Assembly: GCA_051362555.1 (NCBI GenBank)
Contig: JBPQGU010000016.1
Coordinates: 3,906,001-3,970,000 of the forward strand
Source of the DNA: Lingula anatina
Taxonomy: Eukaryota > Animalia > Brachiopoda
Reading direction: 5' to 3'
Length of the DNA: 64,000 bases
Below, piece after piece: positions 1-12,349 of this stretch (position 1 is the first letter of the stretch; the number at the start of each line of letters is the position of its first letter). Under the pieces are notes generated by a model. That model saw only the letters and a list, made by a program, of their open reading frames with translations. It was not told the origin of the DNA and did not search any database. Position numbers and translations under genes: made by a program.

Positions 1-3000
1 GCGTTTCCACATTTTTTATGAATGACAGGTGTGGTAGATTGATTTTCGTCACTTTTTGGAAAAATCGGAGACGGGTCGATTTTTGGTGATTTTGAGTGAT
101 TTTGAACAGTGCCGGCACTGTGAGATTTCTTCAATTTTGGCCAGGTAGGGATGAAAATTTTTTTTCTTCATTATAGTGTCAGGTAGGTGTGTTCGGTCAT
201 TTGTAGTAAGAATAAAGTGCTGGAAGAGTGGTGGTGTCAACATTAAGGAAGAAATAGAGCAAAAAACTCTCTCTCCCCCCCTCCCCCCTCTCAGATTCTG
301 TTCTCAGAGCTTATTTTTGGATCATCTTTAAAGCTAGAATTGGGGGCCTTGATGAAGTGACCCGGGCGCGTTTCCACATTTTTTATGAATGACAGGTGTG
401 GTAGATTGATTTTCGTCACTTTTTGGAAGAATCGGAGACGGGTCGATTTTTGGTGATTTTGAGTGATTTTGAACAGTGCCGGCACTGTGTGATTTCTTCA
501 ATTTTGGCCAGGTAGGAATGAAAATTTTTTTTCTTCATTATAGTGTCAGGTAGGTGTGTTCGGTCATTTGTAGTAAGAATAAAGTGCTGGAAGAGTGGTG
601 GTGTCAACATTAAGGAAGAAATAGAGCAAAAACTCTCTCTCCCCCCCTCCCCCCTCTCAGATTCTGTTCTCAGAGCTTATTTTTGGATCATCTTTAAAGC
701 TAGAATTGGGGGCCTTCATGAAGTGACCCAGGCGCGTTTCCACATTTTTTATGAATGACAGGTGTGGTAGATTGATTTTCGTCACTTTTTGGAAAAATCG
801 GAGACGGGTCGATTTTTGGTGATTTTGAGTGATTTTGAACAGTGCCGGCACTGTGAGATTTCTTCAATTTTGGCCAGGTAGGGATGAAAATTTTTTTTTT
901 CATTATAGTGTCAGGTAGGTGTGTTCGGTCATTTGTAGTAAGAATAAAGTGCTGGAAGAGTGGTGGTGTCAACATCAAGGAAGAAATAGAGCAAAAACTC
1001 TCTCTCCCCCCCCCCCCCCTCTCAGATTCTGTTCTCAGAGCTTATTTTTGGATCATCTTTAAAGCTAGAATTGGGGGCCTTGATGAAGTGACCCGGGCGC
1101 GTTTCCACATTTTTTATGAATGACAGGTGTGGTAGATTGATTTTCGTCACTTTTTGGAAAAATCGGAGACGGGTCGATTTTTGGTGATTTTGAGTGATTT
1201 TGAACAGTGCCGGCACTGTGAGATTTCTTCAATTTTGGCCAGGTAGGGATAGAAAATTTTTTTTCTTCATTATAGTGTCAGGTAGGTGTGTTCGGTCATT
1301 TGTAGTAAGAATAAAGTGCTGGAAGAGTGGTGGTGTCAACATTAAGGAAGAAATAGAGCAAAAAACTCTCTCTCCCCCCCTCCCCCCTCTCAGATTCTGT
1401 TCTCAGAGCTTATTTTTGGATCATCTTTAAAGCTAGAATTGGGGGCCTTGATGAAGTGACCCGGGCGCGTTTCCACATTTTTTATGAATGACAGGTGTGG
1501 TAGATTGATTTTCGTCACTTTTTGGAAGAATCGGAGACGGGTCGATTTTTGGTGATTTTGAGTGATTTTGAACAGTGCCGGCACTGTGTGATTTCTTCAA
1601 TTTTGGCCAGGTAGGGATGAAAATTTTTTTTCTTCATTATAGTGTCAGGTAGGTGTGTTCGGTCATTTGTAGTAAGAATAAAGTGCTGGAAGAGTGGTGG
1701 TGTCAACATTAAGGAAGAAATAGAGCAAAAACTCACTCTCCCCCCCTCCCCCCTCTCAGATTCTGTTCTCAGAGCTTATTTTTGGATCATCTTTAAAGCT
1801 AGAATTGGGGGCCTTGATGAAGTGACCCAGGCGCGTTTCCACATTTTTTATGAATGACAGGTGTGGTAGATTGATTTTCGTCACTTTTTGGAAAAATCGG
1901 AGACGGGTCGATTTTTGGTGATTTTGAGTGATTTTGAACAGTGCCGGCACTGTGAGATTTCTTCAATTTTGGCCAGGTAGGGATGAAAATTTTTTTTTTC
2001 ATTATAGTGTCAGGTAGGTGTGTTCGGTCATTTGTAGTAAGAATAAAGTGCTGGAAGAGTGGTGGTGTCAACATCAAGGAAGAAATAGAGCAAAAACTCT
2101 CTCTCCCCCCCCCCTCTCAGATTCTGTTCTCAGAGCTTATTTTTGGATCATCTTTAAAGCTAGAATTGGGGGCCTTGATGAAGTGACCCGGGCGCGTTTC
2201 CACATTTTTTATGAATGACAGGTGTGGTAGATTGATTTTCGTCACTTTTTGGAAAAATCGGAGACGGGTCGATTTTTGGTGATTTTGAGTGATTTTGAAC
2301 AGTACCGGCACTGTGAGATTTCTTCAATTTTGGCCAGGTAGGGATAGAAAATTTTTTTTCTTCATTATAGTGTCAGGTAGGTGTGTTCGGTCATTTGTAG
2401 TAAGAATAAAGTGCTGGAAGAGTGGTGGTGTCAACATTAAGGAAGAAATAGAGCAAAAACTCTCTCTCCCCCCCCCCCCTCTCAGATTCTGTTCTCAGAG
2501 CTTATTTTTGGATCATCTTTAAAGCTAGAATTGGGGGCCTTGATGAAGTGACCTGGGCGCGTTTCCACATTTTTTATGAATGACAGGTGTGGTAGGTTGA
2601 TTTTCGTCACTTTTTGGAAAAATCGGAGACGGGTCGATTTTTGGTGATTTTGAGTGATTTTGAACAGTGCCGGCACTGTGAGATTTCTTCAATTTTGGCC
2701 AGGTAGGGATGAAAAATTTTTTTCTTCATTATAGTGTCAGGTAGGTGTGTTCGGTCATTTGTAGTAAGAATAAAGTGCTGGAAGAGTGGTGGTGTCAACA
2801 TTAAGGAAGAAATAGAGCAAAAACTCTCTCTCCCCCCCCCCTCTCAGATTCTGTTCTCAGAGCTTATTTTTGGATCATCTTTAAAGCTAGAATTGGGGGC
2901 CTTGATGAAGTGACCCGGGCGCGTTTCCACATTTTTTATGAATGACAGGTGTGGTAGGTTGATTTTCGTCACTTTTTGGAAAAATCGGAGACGGGTCGAT

Positions 3001-4168
3001 TTTTGGTGATTTTGAGTGATTTTGAACAGTGCCGGCACTGTGAGATTTCTTTAATTTTGGCCAGGTAGGGATGAAAATTTTTTTTCTTCATTATAGTGTC
3101 AGGTAATTGTGTTCGGTCATTTGTAGTAAGAATAAAGTGCTGGAAGAGTGGTGGTGTCAACATTAAGGAAGAAATAAAGCAAAAACTCTCTCTCCCCCCC
3201 CCCCCCCTCAGATTCTGTTCTCAGAGCTTATTTTTGGATCATCTTTAAAGCTAGAATTGGGGGCCTTGATGTAGTGACCCGGGCGTGTTTCCACATTTTT
3301 TATGAATGACAGGTGTGGTAGATTGATTTTCGTCACTTTTTGGAAAAATCGGAGACGGGTCGATTTTTGGTGATTTTGAGTGATTTTGAACAGTGCTGGC
3401 AATGTGAGATTTCTTCAATTTTGGCCAGGTAGGGATGAAATGTTTTTTTTCTTCATTATAGTGTCAGGAAGGTGTGTTCGGTCAGTTGTATTAAGAATAA
3501 AGTGCTGGAAGAGTGGTGGTGTCAATATTAAGGAAGAAATAGAGCAAGAACAAGTCCTACCTGGAACAATAGAGCAAGTTTCCACATTTTTTATGAATGA
3601 CAGGTGTGGTAGATTGATTTTCGTCACTTTTTGGAAAAATCGGAGACGGGTCGATTTTTGGTGATTTTGAGTGATTTTGAACAGTGCCGGCACTGTGAGA
3701 TTTCTTCAATTGGTAGGGATGAAAATTTCTTTTCTTCATTATAGTGTCAGGTAGGTGTGTTCGGTCATTTGTAGTAAGAATAAAGTGCTGGAAGAGTGGT
3801 GGTGTCAACATTAAGGAAGACATAGAACAAAAACTCTGTCTCCCCCCATCTCCGATTCTGATCTCGGAGCTTATTTCTGGATCATCTTTAAAGCTAGAAT
3901 TGGGGGCCTTGATGAAGTGACCCGGGCGTATTTCCACATTTTTTATTAATGATAGGTGTGATAGATTGATTTTCATGACATTTTTTTTTATTTTGAGTGA
4001 TTTTCATAAGTGCCAGCCATGTGAGATTTCTTCAATTTTGGCCAGGTAGGAATGAAAATGTTTTTTTCATTATAGTGTCAGGTTGGTGTGTTTGGTCATT
4101 TGTAGTAAGCATAAAATGCTTGAAGAGTGGTGGTGTCAACATTATTGAAGAAATAAAGCAAAAACTAT
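1..4168 (+). repeat. ~363-367-bp tandem satellite, left array (~11.5 monomers, runs off window start), decaying at its right edge
   Basis: Monomer motifs (aaaatcggagacgggtcgatttt, acagtgccggcactgt, gtgtcaggtaggtgtgttcgg, ctctctc-polyC) recur every ~362-368 bp. Substitutions and deletions increase after ~3380, and similarity ends near 4168. Confidence 0.98.
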
Positions 4169-5559
4169 GTATACAGATTCCTGCTATATTATTATTTTAT
4201 CTTTAATTTATCGAATTTTATGATGCCTTTCCTATATACATAGTCCTTTTTTAAAATAATTACCGTATCAGATTTTTAAAACCTAGAACAAAAGTTTTCA
4301 GTTTGTCTGTCTTTTTTATTCCAACAATTTCAGCAGCCATTACTGTTCCCGAGACACCTTGCCTGTGCTATCAAACGAATCCTGTTACTTACAGCACAGG
4401 AGCACCAAAGAGTTTGAAGAGTGCTTTACAAGTCATCAGTCAAATTAAGCAGAAATGGTCTTAGCTTTGCAAACCGGTGTCAAAGGGTCAAATCAAGTAT
4501 TCCAAGCCTTCCAAGGACTAGTATGATGTAAGTCAGTATGGACAATATATTAAAGGTCCAAAAGCATCAAAGTCTTTAAGGTACTCGCCCCACGCCGCAG
4601 CATGTCATCGAAGAAATGACCCCTTGATGATAGGGATATGGATTGCAAGTGTTCTGGAGGCTCCAAGACAACTGTCTATAGCAGGTTCTGGTACTTGCAT
4701 AGTGGGTCTTCAAACCCTTGGTATAGAAAGTACAAACCAGCAGCTTAATCTGGAAGTTAAAAAGAAAAAACAGCCATAAGTCCATGCATTAAAATCATGT
4801 TGAAATCTCTTTTTGGAAATTAGAAAAACGACTATTGCAATTATTAGAGAAGGCTTAATTAACTTTGAGTGTGCATTTTTTATGAACTGATACTTCCTTG
4901 TGAACAAAAACTCTGAAAAGATTTCAACATTTTGTATTTTTGGCAATAATGAGAAATGAATGAACATTCATTGATTAATTATTATCATTATTTATTTATT
5001 TATTTATTTTTTTGCTATTTCCACTTGAGGGTGCTTACGCAAATTTGGCAGATTTCCCAAGTTTTGGGTTAAAAGCACAATGTTGTTATTTTGGGTCTTT
5101 ATGAGGTAATGTGATTTTGTCAGCATATTAGTTAAATGAACAACTTTGTCTGGATGCCCCACTCCTGCCTCAAATGAGATTTTAAAAGCAAACATCAATA
5201 TCTATAAAGACAAGTTTTAATGCTTATTTTTGAACACATTTCACATAAATCACATTTCACATGATGATCTGGGCTGATTTTGTCAAAGTTAAAGAAACCC
5301 CATTTTGAACACTGATGACAATTTAAGTAAAACCATGTTACTCATGGATCTCAATCTTACAGAAAAGGTAAATTGGACTGAAATACAGCTTGAGTTAGAA
5401 AACTGAACTGTTTGCATTCTTTTTCTGAGAGTTATTTATTTATTTAATTATCATTATTATTATTATTATTTATTATTATTATTTTCAAAATAATTTTTTT
5501 TTCACATATTAGCATTTTCTTCGTGAGACTTGGAACTCCCACGGGATGAAATTCCAGCT

Positions 5560-5795
5560 CCCACTCTCAAGCCCCTGGGGAGCTTTTTGAAATAATATAA
5601 AGATGAAATTTGGGTTTTTTAAAATAATTAAAATAATGATGTCAGGAAGGCGTGTTTTGTTTTTTCTAGCCATCCACAGGTAAATTTTTTTTTTCAATAT
5701 TTCTTGTGAATTAAAAAAATATTTTTCCATCCCCCTCCCCAACCTCAAACCCCTGAGGAGCTTTTTGAAGTACTATAAAGATGCAATTTGGGGAT
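5560..5795 (+). repeat. Highly diverged relic related to the satellite, ~178-bp period (about 1.3 units)
   Basis: Direct repeat ctcaa(g/a)cccctg(g/a)ggagctttttgaa..tataaagatg(a/c)aatttggg at 5566 and 5744. The intervening tgtcaggaaggcgtgtt, tcaatatt and C-run are colinear with satellite tgtcaggtaggtgtgtt, tcaacatt, polyC and gagctt..aaagctagaattggg. Confidence 0.6.
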
Positions 5796-6482
5796 TTAAT
5801 GATGAGATGTTGATATGTTTAGACAATTATTGTGAATGATCCCTTTCCGTCTCAGCACTGATACTCCTCCGCACCATTACTCCCTCGCACCGATAGGCCT
5901 ATACTACCCCTTACACTCCATCGACCTCACCCGCATCTTAAAGCTCCTGCAACGATACTCTCTCACAGCCTTTGCAATTGGTTAAAACTGCTACCAACAA
6001 AACACAATGATTGATCTAAAAACTCTCGAAATACTATTTTTCCGAAAGTGCACCACCCTCTTGGGACCCAAAAGTGACACATTTCATTAGAAATATTGTG
6101 GAAAAATAAGGGAATTACTAAAGTTGGTCTGCTTAGTAACAAAGTACATAGTCGATCTAATATGTATGCAGCTCGGCTTTGTGATTATTAAGAAATATCT
6201 GTATACTTCACTTCGTTCTTCAACAGTGGTTACTGTATACAATATGTGCATCTTCTTCTTGATTTGTTAATTAATTATTTTACTAAAAGTATCTTTTTAA
6301 CAGAAGATAGCAAAGACGACATAATCTTTTCTTCAGGGGCCACTCTATTCGTAAAAGAAATTGAAACAACAACAACAACAAAAAAAAAAACATTGTTTAA
6401 GCGAGAAATTGCCGCCTTTGTCCTCCTGGAAATGTGAGATTCTACAATTTAAGCTGTCCTTGGGCGATTGTAGGAACCACTG

Positions 6483-6650
6483 CAGGGGCGGATCCAGAGC
6501 TATATACTGACAGTCTTCCAAATTATCTTTGTTGATTCATCCTCCAATTTTGACCGTCTTCCAACATTAAAAATTGGATACCCGTCAATGTAAACTTGAA
6601 AATCTGACCGTCTTCTGGAAGACCCAGAAGACGGCCTAAATCCGCCCCTG
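6483..6650. mobile_element. 168-bp MITE, CAGGGGCGGAT...ATCCGCCCCTG termini, 5-bp TSD (cactg)
   Basis: Inverted termini; cactg at 6478-6482 and 6651-6655. Confidence 0.85.
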
Positions 6651-6847
6651 CACTGAACACCTACAGTATAATGCGCTTAAATTACTGTTTTTTCTTTACG
6701 GTTCTGTTTGTAATAGAAATCTAGGACAGAAAAAATTACAAGTTGAATGTAACATCATAAATCCTTAAAAATAGATAACAAATCCGATTGTGTTTATTGC
6801 CAGTATGCAGCAAGATCGTTATTAAGAAATCAATAACGAACAGCTCT

Positions 6848-8941
6848 CAGGGGCGAATCCAGGATTTCGAAGACTAGGTGGTTAGTTTTTATTGACCCCG
6901 CTTCTACGTGGACGGAACGGTTCATTTTTAACATTGAATAAATTAATTGAATTAATATTCATTAAAATTAAATCAAATAAAATAACGATGCATGATGATT
7001 AGTAATGCAAGATTTATGCCGCAAAGTCGCTTGTCAGACTACATCTAAGATGATCTCACGACATACTTGGGTATGGCTGTTTAGATGTAGGGGGTAGAGG
7101 CACTATTTGAAGGCAGCTGAAGGAAAAATCGAAAGGAGTTCGATGGCATTTAGCATTACATGGTCCATTTCTCAGTAAAGAATACTAAATAAAGAAATTA
7201 TACATACTTCAGGATGGCTCACTGCGGTTTTCGTCCACACATAGGCATCCAGTAATTCGGACTCTACTAGCGATAATGTAAACACACCTTGAATGCCCAT
7301 TTATGTATTTGCTTTTCTAGTTAAACTTAGCAATGTGTATTAATTTTGTTCGAAAAAAAAAAAGCATTCCACTGTAATTTGCGACCGCGTCCATGTGCAC
7401 CAATGCAGGCCTATTCTATTTATGGAGATGGTCACATAATCAGCAAAACGGAAACTTAACTGGTACATGTACAAGTTTCGAAATAAAATGTTTGTCAAAC
7501 CTTTATAATATCTAGAGCTTTTGTTGTTTGAAACATGTTTAACTAAAATGTAAGAAAAACGAAAAAAGTAAGCAGCAAGCTGGTAGGCAGTAAGTGAAAG
7601 CCTGGTCTGAACACTGAATTTCTAGGTAAGCATGTATTTTTCACACCCCCTAATTTCATTTCCACAACGATCCGTGAATGAGGTTAAAAAGCAATAACAT
7701 ACTTGTGTGACAGGACAAAATGCTTTGTTTATTACGCCACTTTATCTTGTCAAATGAAGCATGAATTTGAAAAACCATGAAAACTAGAGGATCAGAGAGG
7801 TGATACCGCCTGAGGGTATTGTACCACCAGCTGGAGTAAGCTCATTCGTATAGAAAAGTGAAAAAAGGGACACCACCTCCAGTGTTGTGCTGGACAAGCT
7901 CTACATGCAGTAAGCAAAAGTTCTAAATAGTTTTGTTGAAAATTACCATTTAAAACAAAATCATGAGGAAAAGTAAAAGTTTAAATTCAAATTTGTGAAG
8001 TGCAGTTCATGGCAAAAAGTAGGTCAAAGCTCAATTTCAAGAACACAGATTGTCAGCATATGACTGCCTATTCAAGTTCAATAGTGATTATGGGCATATC
8101 TCTGCTAGTTTTGGAGATAGAAAAGTTGCAAAGTTGCGCGGCTCATTATAAAATCGCCACCTTTTAAAATTTCCAGTTGTACTAAGTGCACGTGGTTTGC
8201 AGATTAATTTTAGCCATTAAGAGCGTTAGATTGAAACCTTTTGCCGCTACAAATACAACAACTTGATTGTTATCTTACGCGATTATCAAAAACAGACAAT
8301 AGCAAGAATCACTTACCTGCTGTAGGTTACAAGGGCGACCAACCCAGGGGCGGGACCAGGATTATTTGAAGGGGGGTCCACGGATGCAAAACCGACCCTT
8401 ATCTTAGAGGGCGAACGGTGCTATTTGGTACTTTTTAGAACTATGATTCGGCTAGAGAAAATACTTATTTCATAAGGGGACCATCGGTGTGATTATTTTT
8501 AGAAACTGAAGGGGAGGAGGTCAGGACCCCCTGACCCCCCCCCTCCCAATCCGCCACTGCAACTACCAATGGACCTCGGTGGACACAGGTTAATTACATA
8601 TCTGGCATTTGTGTCATAGGTTGTGCATTTAAGCTTTAAACTTAAGTTTTATAAATATTAAAGTACCTACCCTTTAACGCGAAGTAAGAATCACGGTCAG
8701 CCACCTTTGTTTATGAGACAGTAATCAGTGTTACGCCGACGACCATCACCTGATCTATTGAATTAAACGAGTGGAGTAGTAACGAACCCTTGGAACGAAT
8801 TTGAGAAATAAGCAAACCTGACTTTATCGAGTGTAGGGGAGTTCGATTTTCTAAAAAAAAAAAAAATGTACATTATATTTATAAAAATTCAGTCGGGGTC
8901 AAAACTCCCCCCCCCCCCCGCCCCTCCTAAATCCACCACTG
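6848..8941. mobile_element. Probable ~2.1-kb non-autonomous TIR element of the same terminal type
   Basis: Left end caggggcgaatcc with ttgaccccg at ~6892; right end cggggtcaa at ~8894 and aaatccaccactg. Flanks gctct/gcaca match only 3 of 5, so pairing of the ends is tentative. Confidence 0.45.
8345..8559. mobile_element. 215-bp MITE, CAGGGGCGG...CCGCCACTG termini, degenerate 5-bp TSD (caacc/caact)
   Basis: Inverted termini; flanks at 8340-8344 and 8560-8564 match 4 of 5. Confidence 0.75.
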
Positions 8942-9172
8942 GCACAAATCTTTTGTCCTGTACCATCTAAACTGCGTCACGTACAGCTCGATGTAGCGAG
9001 TCAATATAAATATAATTTCAATCGGTTGACGAGAGGAATTAAAGTGAAATTAATTTCTCTCTGGTTATGACACGCCAGAAGAGGGCGGGATTGGTGTAGG
9101 GGAGTTTTCGTGTCATTTAGGCGATTGACACGGTACTGTTAACACGCTTATGATTACGACTCCGTAGACGAC

Positions 9173-9695
9173 ATGGTTGATGAGTCCAGTGGAAGCGAAC
9201 ACTTTACCTTGGCTGATGTAATGAAAAAAATGGAAAGTAAAAAGAAAGAGACGAAAGACTATTTCGACCATAGACTGTCTACTTTTAATGCCGAAGCCGG
9301 TAAAACCTGAAAGTCGACAATATTTATCTTGGAAAATAGAAGGTAATCACCAGCAATTTGACTCAACAGTATTTGAAAATAAGATTATTGTGGTGAACAA
9401 ACTGACAGTGCCTTACAGTCTTGGCAAGAGAAACAAACTTATCAGAATTGCTGACACTTTCGACACTGTTAAGGAACATACTGTTAATCCTCTTGCTTGT
9501 GATTCTGAGAGCGAGAGAGCTACAAAGAAAATAAAAGAAAACAAAAAGGGAGCCAAAAAAATAAGGTTATATCAGCAGACCGACCGATAGGTGTGGTGGG
9601 CGATACTTCTCAGCGGAGAAGTCTTTATCGCAGCAGCGGGTCGTGACTTTGCTTAGCTTGTTGAGGAAAGGGCCATTTCATGCTTGAGTGACCAA
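9173..9695 (+). pseudogene. DIRS-type gag relic with CCHC zinc knuckle
   Basis: WKIEGNHQQF, KRNKLIRIADT..DTVKEHTVNPLACDSE (ORF 9288-9590), and knuckle CLAC*GKGHFMLE*P at ~9650-9695. Confidence 0.75.
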
Positions 9696-9874
9696 CTTAC
9701 AGAGGGGAAAGTTATTCTACCAGAGTCCAACCCCAGAGATAAAGGAACATCTGGAATGGGATAGAAGGCGGAAGCATTGAAAAATAGATAAGTACCCGGT
9801 ACATGTATGAGTGCGTTAGTTTCAATCAAGAGTTGCATAATTATGAACATGAGCAAAATCAGAAATTCATACCC

Positions 9875-11344
9875 GTGAAAAGTAGGTTAAGAACCAATTT
9901 AAGTTTTTGGGAAGAAGTAGGGTATTCATTTTTTATTCTAGACTTGATAAAAATGGTTATAAATTTCCGTTTATAGCAACACCCTGTGGGATGAGGAAAG
10001 ATAACAGCTTTCACCATTGAAAAATAAGTTTTTTGTTAAAAAGCTATTCTTGAATTGAAAAAGATGCGTTTGATTAAAAGGTGTAGCAAACAACCAATTG
10101 TTGATAACCCTTAAACAGAAGCAGTGCATAGCAGTGAAAAAAATAGATTGATTTTAGATGTACGAGAAGTAAACAAACATGTCTGTAAGCAGTCTGGTAG
10201 TTACGGACATTTGAGAACGGCTCTTATGTTTATGAAACTGTGTGGTTGGTTGATTAAATTTGATTCAGCTAATCAACATCTAGATATCTATTATCCTCAT
10301 ACGGATTATTGAGGTTTTTCATGGAAAATTCAAGATCAGCAGATTTATTTTTGATTCTTAGTTCTTCCATTTGGGTTATCATTAGCACTTAATATTTTTT
10401 TTCAAAATTGACTTGGCAATTAATCAAAGAATGGTTCGATGTTATTGGATGACGGTCTGTGGTACTGCAGTAACATAGATAGATTGGAGCATCAGGGTGC
10501 TGAGATCAAAGATGATATTGCTAAGTCAGGTTTTATGTAAATATATGAGAATACTATTTGGTCGTAGGTACAGAGTCTGGCATTTATAGGCATCGAAATA
10601 GATATTAGTATTGGGGAAATCAAAGTTCTTGATATTAGATTAGCAAGTGCTAAGAGATCTGACATTATATTCGCACGAAAGTGAGCAGAGGTCTGGCTAT
10701 GTCGGTCGGATTATACTATGTCTCATGTGTTGGGAAGTGTAAAACAACTAATGACAAATTATATTAGCATGGTTATTTCAAGTGCTTTTTCTTAGAATCA
10801 GAAAATGTGTGTGAAAGCATGCAGTCAAATTAGACCTTGGTGTAGTAAATCAGAATTTTACAGTTTTCACCTCAGTGCAATAAGGTAGTTTATTCTGATG
10901 CTAGTAGTACTGGGTTTGGAGGATATTGTGTGGAGACACCTAAAAGGGTGTGTTGCGGGGAATGGTCAGCTGACGAAGCGACGGAGAGCTCTACTTACAG
11001 AGAACTGATAGCTGTTTTCAGGGTCCTGTTCTCCATGGCAAACACGTTGAGTGTTTTGAGATTGAAGTGGTTTTCTGATAGCAAAGATGTTGTAAACATT
11101 AAAGAAAAAAGTAGCATGAGGAGTAAATTACAACCTATTATTTTTGATGTTTTTCTTCTAATGGAGTTATTCAATAGAAATGAAAGGATACTGAGAGAAG
11201 AGAATACCCATGCAGATTATATAAGTAGAAGTGTGGATGTTGACAATTGGGGTATTTCTAAAGAATTATTCTCACATTTTGATAAGATATGGGGTCCTCA
11301 TGAAGTGGATTGGTTAACGTCCTGCTACAATGCTAAAGTACATA
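9875..11344 (+). pseudogene. DIRS-type reverse transcriptase / RNase H relic
   Basis: VKSRLRTNLSFWEEVG, RLILDVREVNKH, VLPFGLS (~10360), LDDGL (~10446), VYSDASSTGFGGY (~10888), SSTYRELIAV, WFSDS, DNWGIS..WGPHEVD..YNAKV. Continues as FYSRF*NSGT beyond the insertion at 13290. Confidence 0.9.
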
Positions 11345-11883
11345 GGGGAGAGCGGGGTGGGTTGGAACGCGGGTAAGTTGGAACATTGGCTTTATTTCTT
11401 AAATCACAAGACCGATCATGTGCTCCTTCAGCATAAAAATGTCACGTGGCATGGTCATTCATCCGGTAAACTTGTGGAAGTTTCGAAAATGCAGTAAAAG
11501 TTTTATGCGAAAAAAACTTATTTTTGCTACTCGAAGTAAGTTTTCATATTTTTGACATTCATCGTGCTGTAAACTAAAGTATAAGGATTATATCACTGAA
11601 ATTGTGCATAGCGTTTAGGACCACCTTGATGTTCAAAAAGCTGTTGTTTTTTTAAACACTTCCCACGTGTTAAAGAAATACAGTGTCATAAGTAGGCCAT
11701 GACGTCATGGGGGCTGGTCGGAACATTTGACATGGGGCCAGTTGGAACACTGTCAGGGGTGTTCCAACCCACCCCGCACGGTGTTTTTCATTTTTTTAAA
11801 CCTCTTTAAATATTTTAATTTCAACTTTGAAGAGAGTAGTAACGTAGTAACCCAGTACAACTCCAACTGGAGACGGAATCTAG

Positions 11884-12320
11884 CTGATAGAACATCTCCA
11901 TGATGCCGGAATGTACATGCGTTTAGAAGATACAAGGGGGGATGGTCACTGCTTGTTAAATGCAGTTGCTAGCTGTTTGGTCGAATAGGGGTCTGCATGC
12001 CCACTGTTGCTTTTTGCGATAAATTGCTTTTAGATGTGGAGGGAAATGTCGATTATTACTCTGCTTTTCGCGGCAAAATGAAAATATTCTAGCTGAGAGC
12101 CTACAGGTATGTTATGGATAAACTATACAACACCAATTCTGCCGATATTGTTTTAAATGCTTTGTGTAAGGGATTGGGGGTTGCTGTTAATGTTTAGTGA
12201 ACGAGGGTACAAAATCCGCCAGAAAAGACAAACATTCACCTCGTAACTTAGGCAAAGATTCAGTTGAAATCTCAGTTGCCCTCACCGGAAGAGGTGCTAC
12301 AACACACTAAAGCGCACTTA
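11884..12320 (+). pseudogene. OTU-family cysteine protease (deubiquitinase-like) domain relic inside the pogo-like element
   Basis: Manual translation: LIEHLHDAGMYMRLEDTRGDGHCLLNAVASCL (Cys box, Cys codon 11950-11952); DVEGNVDYYSAF; YVMDKLYNTNSADIVLNALCKGLGVAVNV; VEISVALTGRGATTH*SAL (His box, His codon 12305-12307). Stops and frameshifts present. Confidence 0.78.
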
Positions 12321-12349
12321 AGAAAACCCCAAAACAGCTCAAGTCCAGA

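Noticed and set aside
1-400. Satellite monomer as a 5S rRNA, tRNA or snRNA tandem gene unit
   Set aside because: No recognisable RNA gene sequence or convincing A/B/C box arrangement.
5261-5315. C/D-box snoRNA (ATGATGA...CTGA...CTGA)
   Set aside because: Only 55 nt between box ends, weak terminal stem, no recognisable rRNA guide and no host gene.
10930-11376. Longest ORF (148 aa) as an intact gene
   Set aside because: It is an RNase H fragment of the DIRS relic reading into the pogo TIR.
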